Of a stretch of 64,000 bases of DNA, positions 1 through 11,648 are shown one piece after another. Where the stretch lies: NCBI GenBank assembly GCA_951406725.2, contig OX597824.1:77004001-77068000 (forward strand), given 5' to 3'. The notes under the pieces are model-generated. The model was given only the letters and a program-made list of their open reading frames with translations, was not told where the DNA came from and searched no databases. A program made the translations under genes and the position numbers. The DNA comes from Octopus vulgaris. Taxonomy: Eukaryota. Position 1 is the first letter of the stretch; each line of letters begins with the position of its first letter.

Positions 1-45
1 CACCACCACCACTATAACAACAACAACAACAACAATAATAATAAT

Positions 46-190
46 AACACTTTCTACTATAGGCACAAGGCCTGAAATTTGGTGAGGTGGAGAATGGCCG
101 ATTACATCGATTCCAGTACATGACTGGTACGCCTTTTATCGATCCCAGAAGGATGAATGGCAAAACGAACTCAGCCGAATGATGATGATG

Positions 191-248
<58 letters not shown>

Positions 249-393
249 TGATGATAAATAATACTTTCTACTATTGGGACAAGGCCTGAAATTCTGGGGC
301 AGGGGACTAGCCGACTATATCAATCTCCGTATCCAACTGTTATTTATTTTTTCGACCCCGAAAGGATGAAAAGCAAAGATGACTTAGGCGGAA
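46..393 (-). mobile_element. Two degraded, 5'-truncated copies of an older SINE-A subfamily with (ATT)n tails
   Basis: Segments 46-178 and 262-393 are reverse complements of the SINE-A core (ctttcatcctttcggggtcgataaa...gtaccagt), ending ...ggccttgt(g/c)cc..tagtagaaag next to (AAT)n runs. Confidence 0.7.
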
Positions 394-439
394 TAATAAA
401 TAATACATGTGTGTGCGTGTGTGTGTGTGTGTGTGTGTA

Positions 440-673
440 CAGAGTTGGCCAAAAGTCACCTGACAGTAAATCAAACCCATTTAATTCCAAGATTTATTTA
501 CGTTTAACAACTGAATGAATTTAATAAAATCATCTAAATATGAAACATCACGAAAATTGTTCAGACTTAGGTCCTTCTTGAGCGACAGATTTTCCCATTC
601 GAGTCAATACAGAAATACAGATTGTATTTATGGAATTTTGATTTACTGTCGGGTGACTTTTGACCAACCCTTA
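440..673 (-). mobile_element. Tc1/mariner-superfamily deletion derivative (MITE) with ~35-bp TIRs
   Basis: TA|CAGAGTTGGCCAAAAGTCACCTGACAGTAAATCAAA (440-475) is inverted at 637-671 and followed by TA. The interior minus strand reads VLTRMGKSVAQEGPKSEQFS*, resembling a mariner/maT transposase C-terminus. Confidence 0.75.
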
Positions 674-1027
674 TCGTTGCTATTATGCAAAAGTGTCGTA
701 AGTCCAAAACGTTGCTTTTTAAGAAAACGAAAAAAAAATATTATCACCACATCACCATTCATAGCAAAACTGTAATACTACACTTTGACAATTTTTTTTT
801 TATATCTGGGCCTCTGAACCAGTAGGAGATACAATAGTTTGACCAAAAGAACCGGTAAGCAAAAATAAATATTGAAAAAAAAAAAAACAAAAAAAAACGC
901 ATTTGGCCAAATTTGGACATACGACAGTTTAACATAATAGCAACGATATAAATATAAATACACGCTATAAAGGAATGGATACGTAGGTTATTTAATAACT
1001 ATCTTGCCTTAAGAAACGTTAGGCTAT

Positions 1028-1248
1028 TGGCAGAAACGTTAGCACGCCGGGCGAAATGCGTAGCCGTATTTCGTCTGCCGTTACGTTCTGAGTTCAAATT
1101 CCGCCGGGGTCGACTTTGCCTTGCATCCTTTCGGGGTCGATAAATTAAGTACGAGTTACGCACTGGGGTCGATGTAATCGACTTAATCCGTTTGTCTATC
1201 CTTGTTTGTCCCCTCTGTGTTTAGCCCCTTGTGGGTAGTAAAGAAATA
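1028..1248 (+). mobile_element. SINE-A (tRNA-derived, ~225 bp)
   Basis: A-box-like tggcagaaacgttag and B-box gagttcaaattcc, central gactttgcctttcatcctttcggggtcgataaa, 3' end gtaaagaaata. Many near-identical copies in the window. Confidence 0.9.
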
Positions 1249-1744
1249 TATCTACCGGTAAATGAAAAGAAATGCTCGACAATTTACTACATTCTGAGTA
1301 GCTGAGAGCAAAATAATGATAAAGATGCTACAGTCTGTTGGCAGACTGCACCCAGACAAAATATCAGAGCTAAAAATACTAGTCTCACATCCCGTCAATA
1401 ATTCTCTTGATTAATATATAAAGAAATGACACAGTTTCTCAGATCAGAAATAGAGTTGGGTTTACCGTATTCCCTGAACATTTATTTTTAATTTACCGCA
1501 TAATTCCTATAAACTTCGCAGTCATAGCTTAAAGGCAAAGAAAACAATGATGTTAATATATAATTCAAGCTCTGTGTTTTAAGTCAACGTAAAAAGCGAC
1601 AGCGGTATGTGTAGTACTTTGGTCCGTCGGCTTATGATGAAATGGTAAGTCCTCGGTGGAAACAATATCAGCTAAAAGCTATACTACATGTTACAAACAC
1701 TGTCTCCGTGAAGGAATTGTCAGGTGGCCATAAATAGAAGACTT

Positions 1745-2158
1745 GGATCTTTTCGGTTTGAACGGCAGTTTTTTCTAGCGGTGTCATATGAAATTGTCAC
1801 CCATAATTATGACTCTAGTATCGATCTATTGCATTTCAATGTGTTTTAGGGTTAGGGTTAGGGGTGGGGGAAGGATATCTTTTTTCTTCACAAATGTAAA
1901 TAAACTCAATCTGTTTCTTAAACGAGAGACATATTCATACGGCACAGAATGCTTTTTAACTCAATAGACGTCACTGATTGGTTGAAATTGCAGAAATTGA
2001 AGAAAAAAACAACAAATATCTTACAAACTATAGAATTTTCTCAATAAAGCGAAGAGAAAATGATGTTTTATAAACACAATCTACCAATATACGAAGTTTA
2101 AAATTTTTTAGTTACCTAGAAATTATGTTAAAAACTGCCGTTCAAACCGAAAACATCC
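1745..2158. mobile_element. MITE with ~29-bp TIR (GGATCTTTTCGGTTTGAACGGCAGTTTTT) and internal TTAGGG tract, copy 1
   Basis: TIRs at both ends. Colinear with copy 2 at 7574-7974. No TSD in this copy. Confidence 0.85.
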
Positions 2159-2316
2159 TTTATTTTTGCTTACCGGTTTTTTTGGTCAAACTATCGTATC
2201 TCTCGCTGCTTCAGATGCCCAAATATAAAAAAAAAACTGTTAAAACAATTCAAGGTAATTTTTCGTCGTAAGCGTGCCACTCAGAAAACCCCGCGGACTG
2301 CAGTTTGCGCATGCTT

Positions 2317-2765
2317 GGTTTAATCACTCATTGCAATCTCAGTATTTAGGTGCTTCTATTAGCAATCCATTTAAAAGAATTCACCGGGAAAGAGTGAAAC
2401 AAGCGGATGCAAGGCTTCAGATTTTGAAGTGACAACGGCAGGAAGGGGAAAACGAGGCCTACAGTAATGGAAGCTCTCAGAGCGGGTTAATAATTCAAGG
2501 AATGTTGTAAATGAAGAGGCAGACTTGGAATCATTGAAAAGAAAAGTAGCGTCAGTAAAAGCAATGCCCTTGAAGGTCCTAAGGACGATTTATTATTATT
2601 TGAAGGAAATATTACTGTTCCGGATCATATTGCAGAGAATTCCGACAACGATGAAAAGAGCAATTACGGATGCCAGGAGTGAAAATGAGTTTTTCAGGCT
2701 CTGGGAATGCTACTTTACCTAATTCTGGCAATGAGGACTTCCTAGGTTTCGTGCATGATGATTAA
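2317..2765 (+). pseudogene. pogo/Tigger-like DDE transposase relic (C-terminal part)
   Basis: Across frameshifts it reads GL..LQ..LGASISNPFK...E*NKRM...TTAGR...VNNSRNVVNEE...SNALEGPKDDLLLFE...SGNEDFLGFVHDD*. This matches the pogo motifs LQPLDVSINKPFK, SFKKCGISNALDGTEDD and terminal EFxGF. A probable 3' TIR lies at ~3672-3696 (ggtgcatcttataagctggtaagtat). Confidence 0.75.
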
Positions 2766-2846
2766 GTAGACCACCAGTCTTTTATTTATTTATTTATTTA
2801 TTTAACATTCGTTGTACTTTTGTACTCGTTATACAACAGATGCTTA

Positions 2847-3166
2847 AGGCGGCGAGCTGGCAGAAACGTTAGCACGCCGGGCGAAATGCTTAGCGGTATT
2901 TCGTCTGCGTTACGTTGTGAGTTCTATGTCTGTCCTTGTTTGTCCTCTCTGTGTTTAGCCCCTTGTGGGTAATAAAGAAATAGGTATTTCGTTCGCCGTT
3001 ACGTTCTCAGTTCAAATTCCGCCGAGATACACTTTACCTTTCATCCTTTCGGGGTCGATAAATAAAGTACCAGTTTCGCACTGGGGTCGATGTGATCGAC
3101 TTACTCCCTTTGTCTGTCCTTGTTTGTCCCCTCTATATTTAGCCCCTTGTGGGCAGTAAAGAAATA
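2847..3166 (+). mobile_element. SINE-A tandem dimer with 15-bp TSD
   Basis: TSD tatacaacagatgct at 2830-2844 and 3167-3181. An internally deleted first unit is joined via gaaata|ggtatttcg to a 5'-truncated second unit. Confidence 0.9.
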
Positions 3167-3708
3167 TATACAACAGATGCTATTCTCTGGAAATATCAAT
3201 TTCTCTAAGAATAAATTCAATTTTTTCCAACACGTCGTTTTGCTTTGTAGTACGCAAGTTAATAAAATATTTACTTTATCTTCATGTATTATATATATAA
3301 AAAATATATATATTTCTCATATATTGCACATTGCTGCGTACTTTATCCTAACGTTTTACTCTTATAATTTGCTTTGTCTGCACTGAACCCGATGTGCGGT
3401 ATTTCCTTTCATCTTCGGTAAATTTAATTTATTTTCCTTTCAAGGTCAGTATAGTGTTACTATATATATGATCTCGTACCTGATTCCGGTATATGTTGTA
3501 TTTATATGCACAAAATCAGGTTTCCCGTCAAAATCATGTTGCTATCATTTTCCCCTTCACTTCACTAAGATGTATGATGAAATATGAAATGTACTAAAAT
3601 CGTTCGTTTTTTTCTTCCCTTTCTACAAAACATGAAGCAGGTTGATAAGCTACGGCTATGTCTTCAGAAGTGGTGCATCTTATAAGCTGGTAAGTATTAA
3701 TAGACATA

Positions 3709-4106
3709 GGCGCAGGAGTGGCTGCGTGGTAAGTAGCTTGCTAACCAACTACATGGTTCCAGGTTCAGTCCCACTGCGTGGCATCTTGGGCAAGTGTCTT
3801 CTGCTATAGCCCCGGGCCGACCAATGCCTTGTGAGTGGATTTGGTTGACGGAAACTGAAAGAAGCCTGTCGTATATATGTGTATGTGTGTGTGTTTGTGT
3901 GTGTGTGTTTGTCCCCCTAGCATTGCTTGACAACCGATGCTGGTGTGTTTACGTCCTCGTCACTTAGCGGTTCGGCAAAAAAGAGACCGATAGAATAAGT
4001 ACTGGGCTTACAAAGAATAAGTCCCGGGGTCGATTTGCTCGACTAAAGGCGGTGCTCCAGCATGGCCGCAGTCAAATGACTGAAACAAGTAAAAGAGTAA
4101 AAGAGT
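3709..4106 (+). mobile_element. SINE-B (tRNA head, CORE-like cttgggcaag motif, internal TA/TG microsatellite, LINE-like tail ending (AGTAAAAG)n)
   Basis: Full-length: ggcgcaggagtggctg...ggttcagtccc...cttgggcaagtgtc...ggtgctccagcatggccgcagtcaaatgactgaaacaagtaaaagag. More than 12 copies in the window. Confidence 0.9.
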
Positions 4107-4451
4107 ATACATACATACACACAGAGCTGTATTGTGTATCTCACCCCAAGCTACACACGTGCACACACATACACACGCACATTCACTCAGTTATATTTTG
4201 TATCTCACCCCCAACCACTCACACACACAAACACACACAAACACACACACAGAGTAGTATTGTGTATCTCACCCCCGACCACACACATACACACGCACTC
4301 AACTGTACTGTGTATCTCACCCCAACCACTCACTCACACACACACATACACACACCACACACAGAGACTCAATTGTATTGTGTATCTCATCCCAAAGACA
4401 CAGACACACACACGCATACACACTCAACTGTATTGTGTATCTCACCCCCAA

Positions 4452-4499
<48 letters not shown>

Positions 4500-4592
4500 A
4501 CTCACTCACTCACTTGTATTGTGTAGCTCAACTCCAACCACACACACTCTGCTGCACTGTGTATCTCGGTCCCCCCCACAGACACATACACA

Positions 4593-4632
<40 letters not shown>

Positions 4633-4668
4633 CACTCACTCACTTGTATTGTGTAGCTCAACTCCAAC

Positions 4669-4700
<32 letters not shown>

Positions 4701-4820
4701 CACTCACTTGTATTGTGTAGCTCAACTCCAACCACACACACACACACACACACACTCTGTGTATCTCGTCCCCCCCCCACAGACACATACACAGACACAC
4801 ACACACACACACACACACAT
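4107..4820 (+). repeat. Composite minisatellite: tgtattgtgta(g/t)ctca(a/c)c-type motif alternating with (CA)n
   Basis: About a dozen irregular ~55-65-bp units. These explain the His/Thr-rich ORFs at 4052-4959. Confidence 0.85.
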
Positions 4821-5077
4821 TAATGACATTCACTCACTCCCATCACAACACACCTCTAAACGAAAGAATGAAATTAAAAGGACAAGTATTGAAAAGAGTG
4901 GGAAAGACAGTACAAAAGAGAAAAAAATTTTTGAAAGAAATGAAATAAAAATAAAATGAAAAAAAAAATAGAAAAGGGAAATGCAGCAGTGAGAACAGAA
5001 ATTAGTTCAAGTATAGCGACAAAGGACAGGAAGTTGATTAATCTACGGTAAGAATTATACTTTAATTACTTGACGTG

Positions 5078-6060
5078 TTTGTCAATTGGCGACACGAGTA
5101 GTTGTGTGGTTATGAAACTTGCTTCCCAACCATGTGGTCGTGAGTTCCGTTCCACTGTGTGGTACCATGGGCAAGTGTCTTCTTTTACACCCCTGGGTCG
5201 AAGAAAGCCTTATGAGTGGATCTGGATGAAATTTGGCAAAATGTTTGTCAATTGGCGACACGAGTTGTTGTGTGGTTATGACACTTACTTCCCAACCATG
5301 TGGTCTTGAGTTCCGTTCCACTGCGTGGTACCATGGGCAAGTGTCTTCTTTTACACCCCTGGGCCGAAGAAAGCCTTATGAGTGGATCTGGATGAAATTT
5401 GGCAAAATGTTTGTCAATTGGCGACACGAGTAGTTGTGTGGTTATGAAACTTGCTTCCCAACCATGTGGTCTTGAGTTCCGTTCCACTGTGTGGTACCAT
5501 GGGCAAGTGTCTTCTTTTACACCCCTGGGCCGAAGAAAGCCTTATGAGTGGATCTGGATGAAATTTGGCAAAATGTTTGTCAATTGGCGACACGAGTAGT
5601 TGTGTGGTTATGACACTTGCTTCCCAACCATGTGGTCGTGAGTTCCGTTCCACTGCGTGGTACCATGGACAAGTGTCTTCTTTTACACCCCTGGGCCGAA
5701 GAAAGCCTTATGAGTGGATCTGGATGAAATTTGGCAAAATGTTTGTCAATTGGCGACACGAGTAGTTGTGTGGTTATGAAACTTGCTTCCCAACTATGTG
5801 GTCTTGAGTTCCGTTCCACAGCGTGGTACCATGGACAAGTGTCTTCTTTTACACCCCTGGGTCGAAGAAAGCCTTATGAGTGGATCTGGATGAAATTTGG
5901 CAAAATGTTTGTCAATTGGCGACACGAGTAGTTGTGTGGTTATGACACTTGCTTCCCAACTATGTGGTCGTGAGTTCCGTTCCACTGCGTGGTACCATGG
6001 ACAAGTGTCTTCTTTTACACCCCTGGGCCGAAGAAAGCCTTATGAGTAGATTTGGTAGAT
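5078..6060 (+). repeat. 166-bp tandem array (~6 copies) derived from SINE-B 5' head plus flank
   Basis: The unit gaaatttggcaaaatgtttgtcaattggcgacacgag...gtggatctggat recurs every 166 nt (ORF starts 5233, 5399, 5565, 5731). The body aligns to the SINE-B head. Confidence 0.95.
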
Positions 6061-6084
6061 GGAAACGTTAGAATTATACTTTAA

Positions 6085-6450
6085 CTAGCAGTATCGCCCG
6101 GCGTTGCTCGGGTTTGTTTCGACCCTTTAGAATTGGAATTTTTTAAAAGTAAAACTTTTGAACATTTTTCTGGTTGAAATACTCCGAAAAATGGCGACAC
6201 AGCAGTCAAAATATCGTAAAAAATAGGGATTTTCATAGAAAAAAAAAGCACCTTTTTGATATAAATAATTTTTGGTGTTAACATGGTCCGATTTGAATTT
6301 TTTCTTCTACGGAAAGAAGAGCAAGCCTTCTTCTATCATACTCTCAATTATGGTCAACTTGCGCCGCAGGGTCTCGGAGGAGATAGTGTTAGTTGAAGGC
6401 TACCAAACCTGTCATACACAGATAACTTCAGCTTTATATATAAAGAGAGA
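6085..6450 (-). mobile_element. Non-autonomous Helitron
   Basis: Minus strand starts TC(TCTCTTTATATATAAAG) and ends cccgagcaacgccggg hairpin + cgatactgCTAG. Inserted between A and T without TSD. The empty site is visible at 5052-5078. Confidence 0.9.
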
Positions 6451-6489
6451 TTACTTGACGTGTTGAAATTTGGCAAAATGTTTGTCAAT

Positions 6490-6706
6490 TGGCGAAAGAG
6501 TAGTTGTGTGGTTATCAAACTTGCTTCCCAACCATGTGGTCTTGAGTTCCGTTCCACTGCGTGGTACCATGGGCGAGTGTCTTCTTCTACACTGCTGGGC
6601 CGAAGACTATAGCAGAAGACACCAGCCCAAGGTGTCATGCAGTGGGACTGAATCCAAAACCATATGGTTGGGAAGTAAGCTTCTTCCCCACACAGCCTCG
6701 CCCGCG
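6490..6706. mobile_element. Two SINE-B 5' heads in inverted orientation
   Basis: A plus-strand head at ~6490-6605 is followed directly by a minus-strand head at ~6608-6706. Confidence 0.75.
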
Positions 6707-6711
6707 TCTAA

Positions 6712-7077
6712 TTAGATAGTTTTTATAAGAATTCAGTATAACAACATCTATAATTTTTTGTACCAGTTTACATTTTTCCTAGCACACTCAAGCGTAACCA
6801 GCTCCATGTCCGTTTTATCGACTAGGCGCATGTTGATCGTACAATCAATAATACAGTCAGGCTTCTTCACAACTTCCTTGGTTTTATAATTTACTTTTCA
6901 ACTGTTTATACTGTTTCCTTCGTGGAAAGTCGTGATCATTGTCACATCGCAATTATCGCCAACTTAATGTAAGAAGGTTCCCACATTTTCTTCTCTCAAT
7001 GTCACCTAGCTTCTTCAATTTGGAAAATTCTTGTACATTTTTCCTGTTTTCCCAGAGAGTTTCACATGTTCCAGCTT
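6712..7077 (-). pseudogene. piggyBac (PGBD4-like) transposase relic
   Basis: Reads GTCETLWENRKNV...GNLLTLSWR..DVTMITTFHEG...KTKEVVKKPDCIIDCTINMRLVDKTDMELVTLECARKNVNWYKKL...VILNSY. This matches piggyBac GTVRxNRK, WxDKRxVxMLTT, KKPxxxxDYNxxMGxVDxxD and RKxxKWYKK motifs. Frameshifted. Confidence 0.85.
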
Positions 7078-7573
7078 ATAATGCAAATGTGGCTTATACC
7101 ACACCCGTCTTTTTCTGAATTTAGCAGTTTGTTAATAAGCCAAACCCGTATTCCGTCGAAAAAGCATGTATTTATAAGCCACACCGGACCTTGAAGGGTT
7201 AGTGCAAATTCACGCCAAGGAAAGGAAGGGAGTGAATTTTGCAATTTAAATTTACTACAAAATTAATTGAAGACATGCAACGGGCGTGGGTGCATGGGCT
7301 GATTTTTTCCTATAGTGACAACTCGGGGTATATTTAAGCCTTATTAGACCTCCTCAGTGAATAAATTTCTTCTTGTGGGTTGGTGTTACTGTTCCTCATA
7401 TCAACCATAATAACGCAGAGCTATGGTCAAAGAGGTGACCATCCCGTCTCATTATTTTCAGGCATGCTAAATATATGATTACATTTCACATTGTGTCCTT
7501 TTCTCAGAACTATAGAGGCAGATTTGACTATTACTTTTAGCAGAAGCATCAAGGATTTCCTTAATGCAGTTTT

Positions 7574-7974
7574 GGATCTTTTCGGTTTGAACGGCAGTTT
7601 TTTCTAGCGGTGTCATATGAAATTGTCACTCACAATCGATCTATTGCATTTCAATCTGTTTCAGGGTTAGGGTTAGGGGTGGGGGAAAGGTATCTTTTTT
7701 TTCACAAATGTAAATAAACCCAATCTGTTTCTTAAACGAGGGACATATTCATACGGCATAGAATGTTTTTTTTTACCTCAATGGACGTCAGTGATTGGTT
7801 GAATTTGCAGAAATTGAAGAAAAAACCCCAAATATCTTACAAACTATAGAATTTTCTCAATAAAACCAAGAGAAAAAGATGTTTTATAAACACATTCTAC
7901 CAGTATACGAAGTTTAAAATCTTTTAGTTACCTAGAAATTATGTTAAAAACTGCCGTTCAAACCGAAAAGATCC
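7574..7974. mobile_element. MITE with GGATC TIRs, 8-bp TSD and internal TTAGGG tract, copy 2
   Basis: Perfect TIRs. TSD gcagtttt at 7566-7573 and 7975-7982. An 8-bp TSD with GG termini suggests Merlin-like or hAT (superfamily not resolved). Confidence 0.9.
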
Positions 7975-8748
7975 GCAGTTTTAGTACACATCTGGCGCCT
8001 TATTTCATTAATCTCAAAATATATAAAATAAAGGATTATCTGCGAAATTCTATCCTAAAATGATTTGAACCTGGAGCATAGAAGACCGAAATTTAACACA
8101 GGACAACACTTTAGCCTCTCTGACACTCTAAAACCTTTTAAATGGAGAGATATATTAAATGGGAATTGAAAATATGACAAAAGCATCTTATGTTCTTACA
8201 GTTAATGATTTTAACGAAGATCGCGAGGTCAAGAGGTTTGAGAAGTTGTCTGTCTGCTTGTCGGTGGTTGCCTGGTTGCCACTGATGAATAATTTGAAAC
8301 AAGGTTAAGTGGTCGAAAATATATGTATGTGTGTTCGTGTGTTGTATGTGTGTGTATGTCTGTTCGTGTGTTATATGTATGTGTACGCGTGAGTGCGTGT
8401 GTGTGTGTACGCGTGAGTGCGTGTGTGTGTGCACGCGTTGTATGTGCGTAATACATGTACATACACATATATGCGTACACGTGTGTAAAATATATTTAAT
8501 ATAGTGATTTCAAAATATTTTCTAATCAAAATTAAAATTAATCAAAATTAAAATTAATTAAAAACGAGAACAAACGTAGTCAGGTCAGCGTTAAAAACAT
8601 TCATTTTCTATAAAAGCCTCGCCAAGAACTTCGAAATATAAATTGGTTAACAGCTAATTACTGATGACGTACAGTGTGTGTTTGTGAGAAGACGTGTACG
8701 TTTGTGTATATATGCCAGCCTCTGTCTATCCGTTTCTCTCTCCCTCTG

Positions 8749-8814
<66 letters not shown>

Positions 8815-9371
8815 TACATATATACATATGTATGAATGTTTGATTATGTTTAATCTTTTTCAGTTAATGACTTTTCACATGTTCGTTAACAATTTCCTTA
8901 ATTGCAATCTTATTGACGGTGTTTTTCTTTTGTAGGCAAAATGCTTCCCGGCTCTTCTATACGGCCCTTGGCCCGAACAGCCACTTAAGGCACCGACGTC
9001 CTTTGCACCCATCAAGATAAAGAGGCTCAATCATAATTTTTCACACATCATAATTCATTCGTAAATCATCCTATGTACCCCCACGTTTGCGTTGTCTGTC
9101 CTTGTTTGTACCCCCTCTACTTTGAGCCCTTGTGGCTATAATAAAGCCCTTGTGGCTACATGTTCTACTCGGATAACGAATTAACGCTGCCGCCGATGCC
9201 ACCGTCGACGCCGATGAAGGCTACAATAGATATATTTAATATCCCCCACTCCCACCTTCTTATGGGTTTGTCAGATTAATTCGTTCGTTTTTATCCCCCT
9301 CGCCCCCATTTATTTTACACTTTATTTTTCATCAACAATTTAAATAAATCCGCCAATAATATACTCTCCTT

Positions 9372-9780
9372 CTCGTCTGCCTTTACGTTCTGAGTCCAAA
9401 TTCCGCCAAGGTCGACTTTGCTTTCATCCTTTCGGAGTCGATAAATTAAGTATCAGTTAAGGCGAGCTGGCAGAACCGTTAGCACACCGGGTGAAATGCG
9501 TAGCCGTATTTCGTCTGCCGTTACGTTCTGAGTTCAAATTCCGCCGAGGTCGACTTTGCCTTTCATTCTTTCGAGGTCGATAAATTAAATTACTAGTTAC
9601 GCACTGGGGTCGATGTAATCGACTTAATTCGTTTGTCGGTCCTTGTTTGTCCCCTCTATGTTTTGCCCCTTGTGGGCAGTAATAAAGAAACAAATTAAGT
9701 ACCAGTTGCGTACTGTGGGCGATCTAATCGACAGGACCCCTCCCCAAAATGTTGGGCCTTGTGCCTAGAATATACTCTCC
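9372..9780 (+). mobile_element. Older SINE-A with a younger SINE-A (9459-9691) nested inside
   Basis: The inner copy is flanked by aaattaagta(t/c)cagtt duplications. The outer copy is flanked by aatatactctcct repeats. Confidence 0.8.
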
Positions 9781-9998
9781 TACAAAAGAATATACTCTCC
9801 TTCATTGTTCACGACTTCTTACCAACATTCCACTAGCTTGTTAATGTCTTGACAGAAGATAATATCGGGTCTTGACACGAACATGAATTATAAGGATTAA
9901 ACTAAATGGTAATGATGGGTGGGGAAGGACCGAACGAATTTATCTGACAGCTTGATAATATCTCTTAACGTTTAGTTTCGAACACTTAGCTTTTTTAA

Positions 9999-10940
9999 CC
10001 CTTCGTTAGTCACATGGTGTGTTATCATCCCAAATTTCTAGTTGGCAACTAATTTTGATTGCTTCCTTTCTCTACTCTTCTGACTCGGTAAGGGTGTGCT
10101 GCAGGAGGTGTGGCGCAGTCGTGACTCAGTTGTCGTGGGGAAGCAGACGTCGTTTTTGTCTAGTCACCTCATGTGACCAACACAGTTCAAGTTTTGATTT
10201 AATGTAACGGAGATTGCCTGTTATGTTATCTTTTAATATTAATATTCATCATAGATATTAAAAAATTCCTCAAAATGGTGTATTTTGTGGGTATTTTCAA
10301 AATAAATGTGATCTGATTCTAAAATTTTTTTTAGTTTTTCCTTAGTTTTATAATTTATTTTATTGCATTCTTTTACTCTTTTACTTGTTTCAGTAGTTTG
10401 ACTGCGGCCATGCTGGAACACCGCCTTTAGTCGAGTAAATGGACCCGAGGACTTATTCTTTGTAAGCCTAGTACTTATTCTATCGGTCTCTTTTGCCGAA
10501 CCGCTAAGTTACGGGGACATAAACACACCAGCATCGGTTGTCAAGTGACAAACACAGACACAAACATATATACACACATACATACATACATATACACGAC
10601 GAGCTTCTTTCAGTTTCCGTCTACCAAATCAACTCACAATGTTTTGCTTGATCTGAGGCTATAGTAGAAGACACTTACCCAAGGTGACACACAGTGGGAC
10701 TGAACCCAGAACCATGTGGTTGGTAAGCAAGCTACTTACCACACAGCCACTCCTGTTTTATATAAATATCAATTAGCTACAAGAGTTTCAAACTTCTCAG
10801 CAGTGATTGCAGATATATCCTGAACCAACAGAATGAGTGCAGTTTACATAATACTAAAACTCTAAACATTTTTGTATTGCGGTGTGTAAACACACCATGT
10901 GACTAACCATGTTCGGAAAGGTCAGGTGACTAATGAAGGG
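9999..10940. mobile_element. Non-autonomous piggyBac-type element with TTAA TSDs
   Basis: TTAA|CCCTTCGTTAGTCAC ... GTGACTAATGAAGGG|TTAA. There is an extra subterminal inverted repeat (ttagtcacatggtgtgtt / aacacaccatgtgactaa at 10889-10906). Contains a SINE-B. Confidence 0.88.
10369..10755 (-). mobile_element. SINE-B
   Basis: Reverse complement of the 3709-4106 copy. Confidence 0.88.
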
Positions 10941-10961
10941 TTAAATCTGACGGTACATTTT

Positions 10962-11192
10962 GGCGTCGAGCTGGCAGAAACGTTAGCGCGCCATGCGAAA
11001 TGCTTAGCGGTATTTCGTCTGTCGCAACGTTCTGAGTTCAAATTCCGCCGAGGTCGACTTTGCCTTTCATCCTTTCGGGGTCGATAAATTAAGTACCAGT
11101 TACGCACTAGGGTCGATGTAATCGACTTAATACCTATGTCTGCCCTTGTTTGTCCCCTCTATGTTTAGCCCCTTGTGGGCAATAAAGAAATA
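10962..11192 (+). mobile_element. SINE-A
   Basis: Full-length. TSD gg(t/g)acatttt. Confidence 0.9.
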
Positions 11193-11355
11193 GGGACATT
11201 TTGGTTATCTAATCCCCATTAATAAATTGGGTTATCTCACCCAACTAAAAAAAAAATTGTTTAACCCGCAATAAACATGAAAGCGAAAAGATTAAACGTC
11301 TTATTGAATCTGATAATATTTTTATAACAAATCATAATAAAATGAAAAAAATAAT

Positions 11356-11571
11356 AAATGCGCCCTTTTAAAGCCTAGCCAGGCTCATGGGCCCGGTTCC
11401 CCGTATGTGTTTCCCAGTTGGACGTTACTCATTTTTGCCAGCTGAGCGGACTGGAGCAACGTGAAATGAAGTGTTTTGCTCAAGAACACAACACGTCGCC
11501 CTGTCCAGGAATCGAAACTACAATCTTACGATCATGGTGCTGACACCCTAACCACTAAGCCACGTGCCTCC
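11356..11571 (-). mobile_element. SINE-C, tail type 1
   Basis: tRNA-like head ggaggcacgtggcttagtggttaggg...gtttcgattcc. Tail ...gagcctggctaggctttaaaagggcgcattta. Confidence 0.85.
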
Positions 11572-11648
11572 ACATAACAAATCGTACAAAAAAAAAAAAA
11601 AAATTAATAAACATGAAAACTGCAAAAAAATTAAACATCTTATTGAAT

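Larger units (their letters stand above)
784..2244. mobile_element. Old foldback/TIR element remnant with ~85-bp inverted arms
   Basis: 784-868 (tttgacaa...gagatacaatagtttgaccaaaagaaccggtaagcaaaaata) is the reverse complement of 2159-2244 with scattered mismatches. No TSD seen. The interior carries a SINE and a MITE. Confidence 0.55.

Noticed and set aside
1846-1864. Telomere or chromosome-fusion scar
   Set aside because: Only 2-3 TTAGGG units, internal to a TIR element present twice.
5078-6060. Regularly spaced repeats as a CRISPR array or repeated small gene
   Set aside because: Whole 166-bp units are repeated with no unique spacers. The DNA is eukaryotic, there are no cas genes, and the unit is SINE-derived.
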